DNA from: Candidatus Saccharimonadota bacterium
GTDB lineage: Bacteria; Pseudomonadota; Gammaproteobacteria; Enterobacterales; Enterobacteriaceae
Length of the DNA stretch: 32,000 nucleotides
Direction: 5' to 3'
NCBI GenBank assembly: GCA_049942775.1
Contig: CP188087.1
Coordinates: 480,001-512,000, forward strand
Part shown: positions 30,793 through 32,000 of the stretch, piece after piece
Layout: every line of letters begins with the position of its first letter
Position numbering within the stretch: the first letter of the stretch is position 1
Program-made: the position numbers and the translations under genes
The notes under the pieces: model-generated
The model's database searches: none
Seen by the model: the letters and a program-made list of their open reading frames with translations, nothing else
Told to the model about the DNA's origin: nothing

Positions 30793-30822
30793 ATCATAGT
30801 TCGTAGAAAATCGAACTATGAT
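30793..30822 (-). terminator. hairpin immediately downstream of the orphan ORF and upstream of epmA (terminator or regulatory site)
   Basis: 11-bp perfect inverted repeat ATCATAGTTCG (30793-30803) / CGAACTATGAT (30812-30822) with loop TAGAAAAT. It has the highest G/C content in this spacer. No U tract directly follows on either strand. Confidence 0.4.
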
Positions 30823-30893
30823 CTTGAATTTCATAAAATATATTTATATTTTTCTATTAATTTATTTAAATAATTTAAAGAAGAAATATTTAT

Positions 30894-32000
30894 TTATTTT
30901 TGCAAATAATATAAAAATTTTATACAAGGAATTCTATGTTTACTTAACATTACCGAAGCTCTTACACCTAAGGTTAAATCTTTATCTTCATTATTTGAAT
31001 TAACAATATGCAACTTAGTTTTATTAGTAACAATTAGTCTTAAGAAACCATGATGAGTTGGTTCAACTTCATAAGAAAAAGAAATATTTTTTGGAGGATA
31101 ACGGAACAAATCAGGAGCAAAGCTTGTCAATTTTAAATATGCAGGTTCTAGTATTTTTTGATTAGCATATGTAGATACCAATTGTCTAGTTTCTAAATCA
31201 GGAAGTAATTTTTTAAATTTTTTAAACAATTCTTCTCTAGTTTCATTTGGTACTAAATAATGACTAACTTTCAAATCTACATCTTGATAATCATTCATAA
31301 ATCCAGGAACTAACGAGTTAGTACCTTTTAGATCTTCATATCTTTCATATAATTTTTGAGAATAATTTAAATTATCCTTTGAAAAATTTAATGAACGAAG
31401 TCCTTTCCAACTGATTGCATTAGGATCCCCAAATGAAAAATTAGGCAAATAACCATCTTTTGTATTAAAACTAGAATTCTTATCCAAAAAATAATTTTGA
31501 ACACTTGTTAGATCTTCATCATTATGACATTTACCAAACGAATGATCAACAGGAAAATCATCAGTTAATTTAGTTTCATGATCATCGTTTTTATTTATTC
31601 TTCCTCGATGATTTTTATTTACATAATCTTGAATTTCTTCTATTGAAACATGATCTTTTAAGAAAACATCATATTTTGTATGAAAACTAAATTTATCTTC
31701 TTCTTTTTTGTCTTTGATAAGAGAATCTTTATTATTTTCAATTTGTACTTTTTGGTTTTTATTATCGGAAATTTCTTGTTTCTTAACAGGAGGATTGTTA
31801 TGTGATAACACATCAAAATTAGCATGAAAAACTGGTTTGTCAATATTTTTTAAAGAATTATTATTGTTATCTACAATAGTTGCATCATTTTTATTAATTT
31901 CATTACTATCATTAGTATTTGTTTTATCTGTATTTTGTAAATCTAAATTTTCTAAAACGTCATTATTTTTAATAAAGTCAGTGTTAATAATATTATCAAA
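30894..32000 (-). CDS. orphan protein of unknown function, C-terminal 368 codons (reading frame stays open to the right window edge; N-terminus outside the window)
   Basis: The track lists 30894..31811 from an internal GTG. My translation of 31812-32000 in the same frame has no stop: FDNIINTDFIKNNDVLENLDLQNTDKTNTNDSNEINKNDATIVDNNNNSLKNIDKPVFHANFD-VLSHNNPP... There is also no in-frame ATG, so the gene starts beyond 32000. I recognise no motif of any family. Confidence 0.6.
   Translation of the reverse strand, partial: FDNIINTDFIKNNDVLENLDLQNTDKTNTNDSNEINKNDATIVDNNNNSLKNIDKPVFHANFDVLSHNNPPVKKQEISDNKNQKVQIENNKDSLIKDKKEEDKFSFHTKYDVFLKDHVSIEEIQDYVNKNHRGRINKNDDHETKLTDDFPVDHSFGKCHNDEDLTSVQNYFLDKNSSFNTKDGYLPNFSFGDPNAISWKGLRSLNFSKDNLNYSQKLYERYEDLKGTNSLVPGFMNDYQDVDLKVSHYLVPNETREELFKKFKKLLPDLETRQLVSTYANQKILEPAYLKLTSFAPDLFRYPPKNISFSYEVEPTHHGFLRLIVTNKTKLHIVNSNNEDKDLTLGVRASVMLSKHRIPCIKFLYYLQK

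Overview
The window is extremely A+T-rich (about 80% by eye, with spacers almost devoid of G/C) and consists of gene-dense housekeeping DNA. The proteins are close homologues of E. coli proteins. Local gene order looks like collapsed E. coli neighbourhoods: deoB-deoD plus prfC, trmB-mutY-yggX, rpsF-rpsR-rplI plus cysQ, rnr-purA-miaA, orn-tRNA-Gly, hslVU. This is the signature of a reduced-genome obligate insect endosymbiont of the Enterobacterales (Buchnera-like); the exact taxon cannot be fixed without a database search. I can support 28 complete CDS, 2 edge-truncated CDS, 4 tRNA genes (Ser-GGA, Asn-GUU, Ile2-CAU, Gly-GCC) and 2 in-situ pseudogenes that the ORF track does not show. One pseudogene is prfC, filling the 'empty' 1.5 kb between deoB and ansA. 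The other is a more eroded cysQ remnant between rplI and dut. I also find one clear sigma-32 heat-shock promoter upstream of ibpA, several hairpin terminators, one 25-bp tandem repeat, and four 21-26-nt A/T homopolymers. I found no CRISPR array, mobile element, prophage, toxin-antitoxin pair or recognisable defence or secretion system, and I do not want to oversell this window. The one genuinely unexplained element is an orphan ORF at the right edge (30894 to beyond 32000, minus strand). It is open to the window end, has an Asn/Asp/Lys-rich low-complexity N-terminal part and a compositionally constrained C-terminal region of about 250 aa, and I cannot assign it to any family. Other points worth a second look are hypermutable poly(A) tracts in promoters and coding regions, tRNA genes without encoded CCA, and the clean absence of priB and of hfq-hflXKC.
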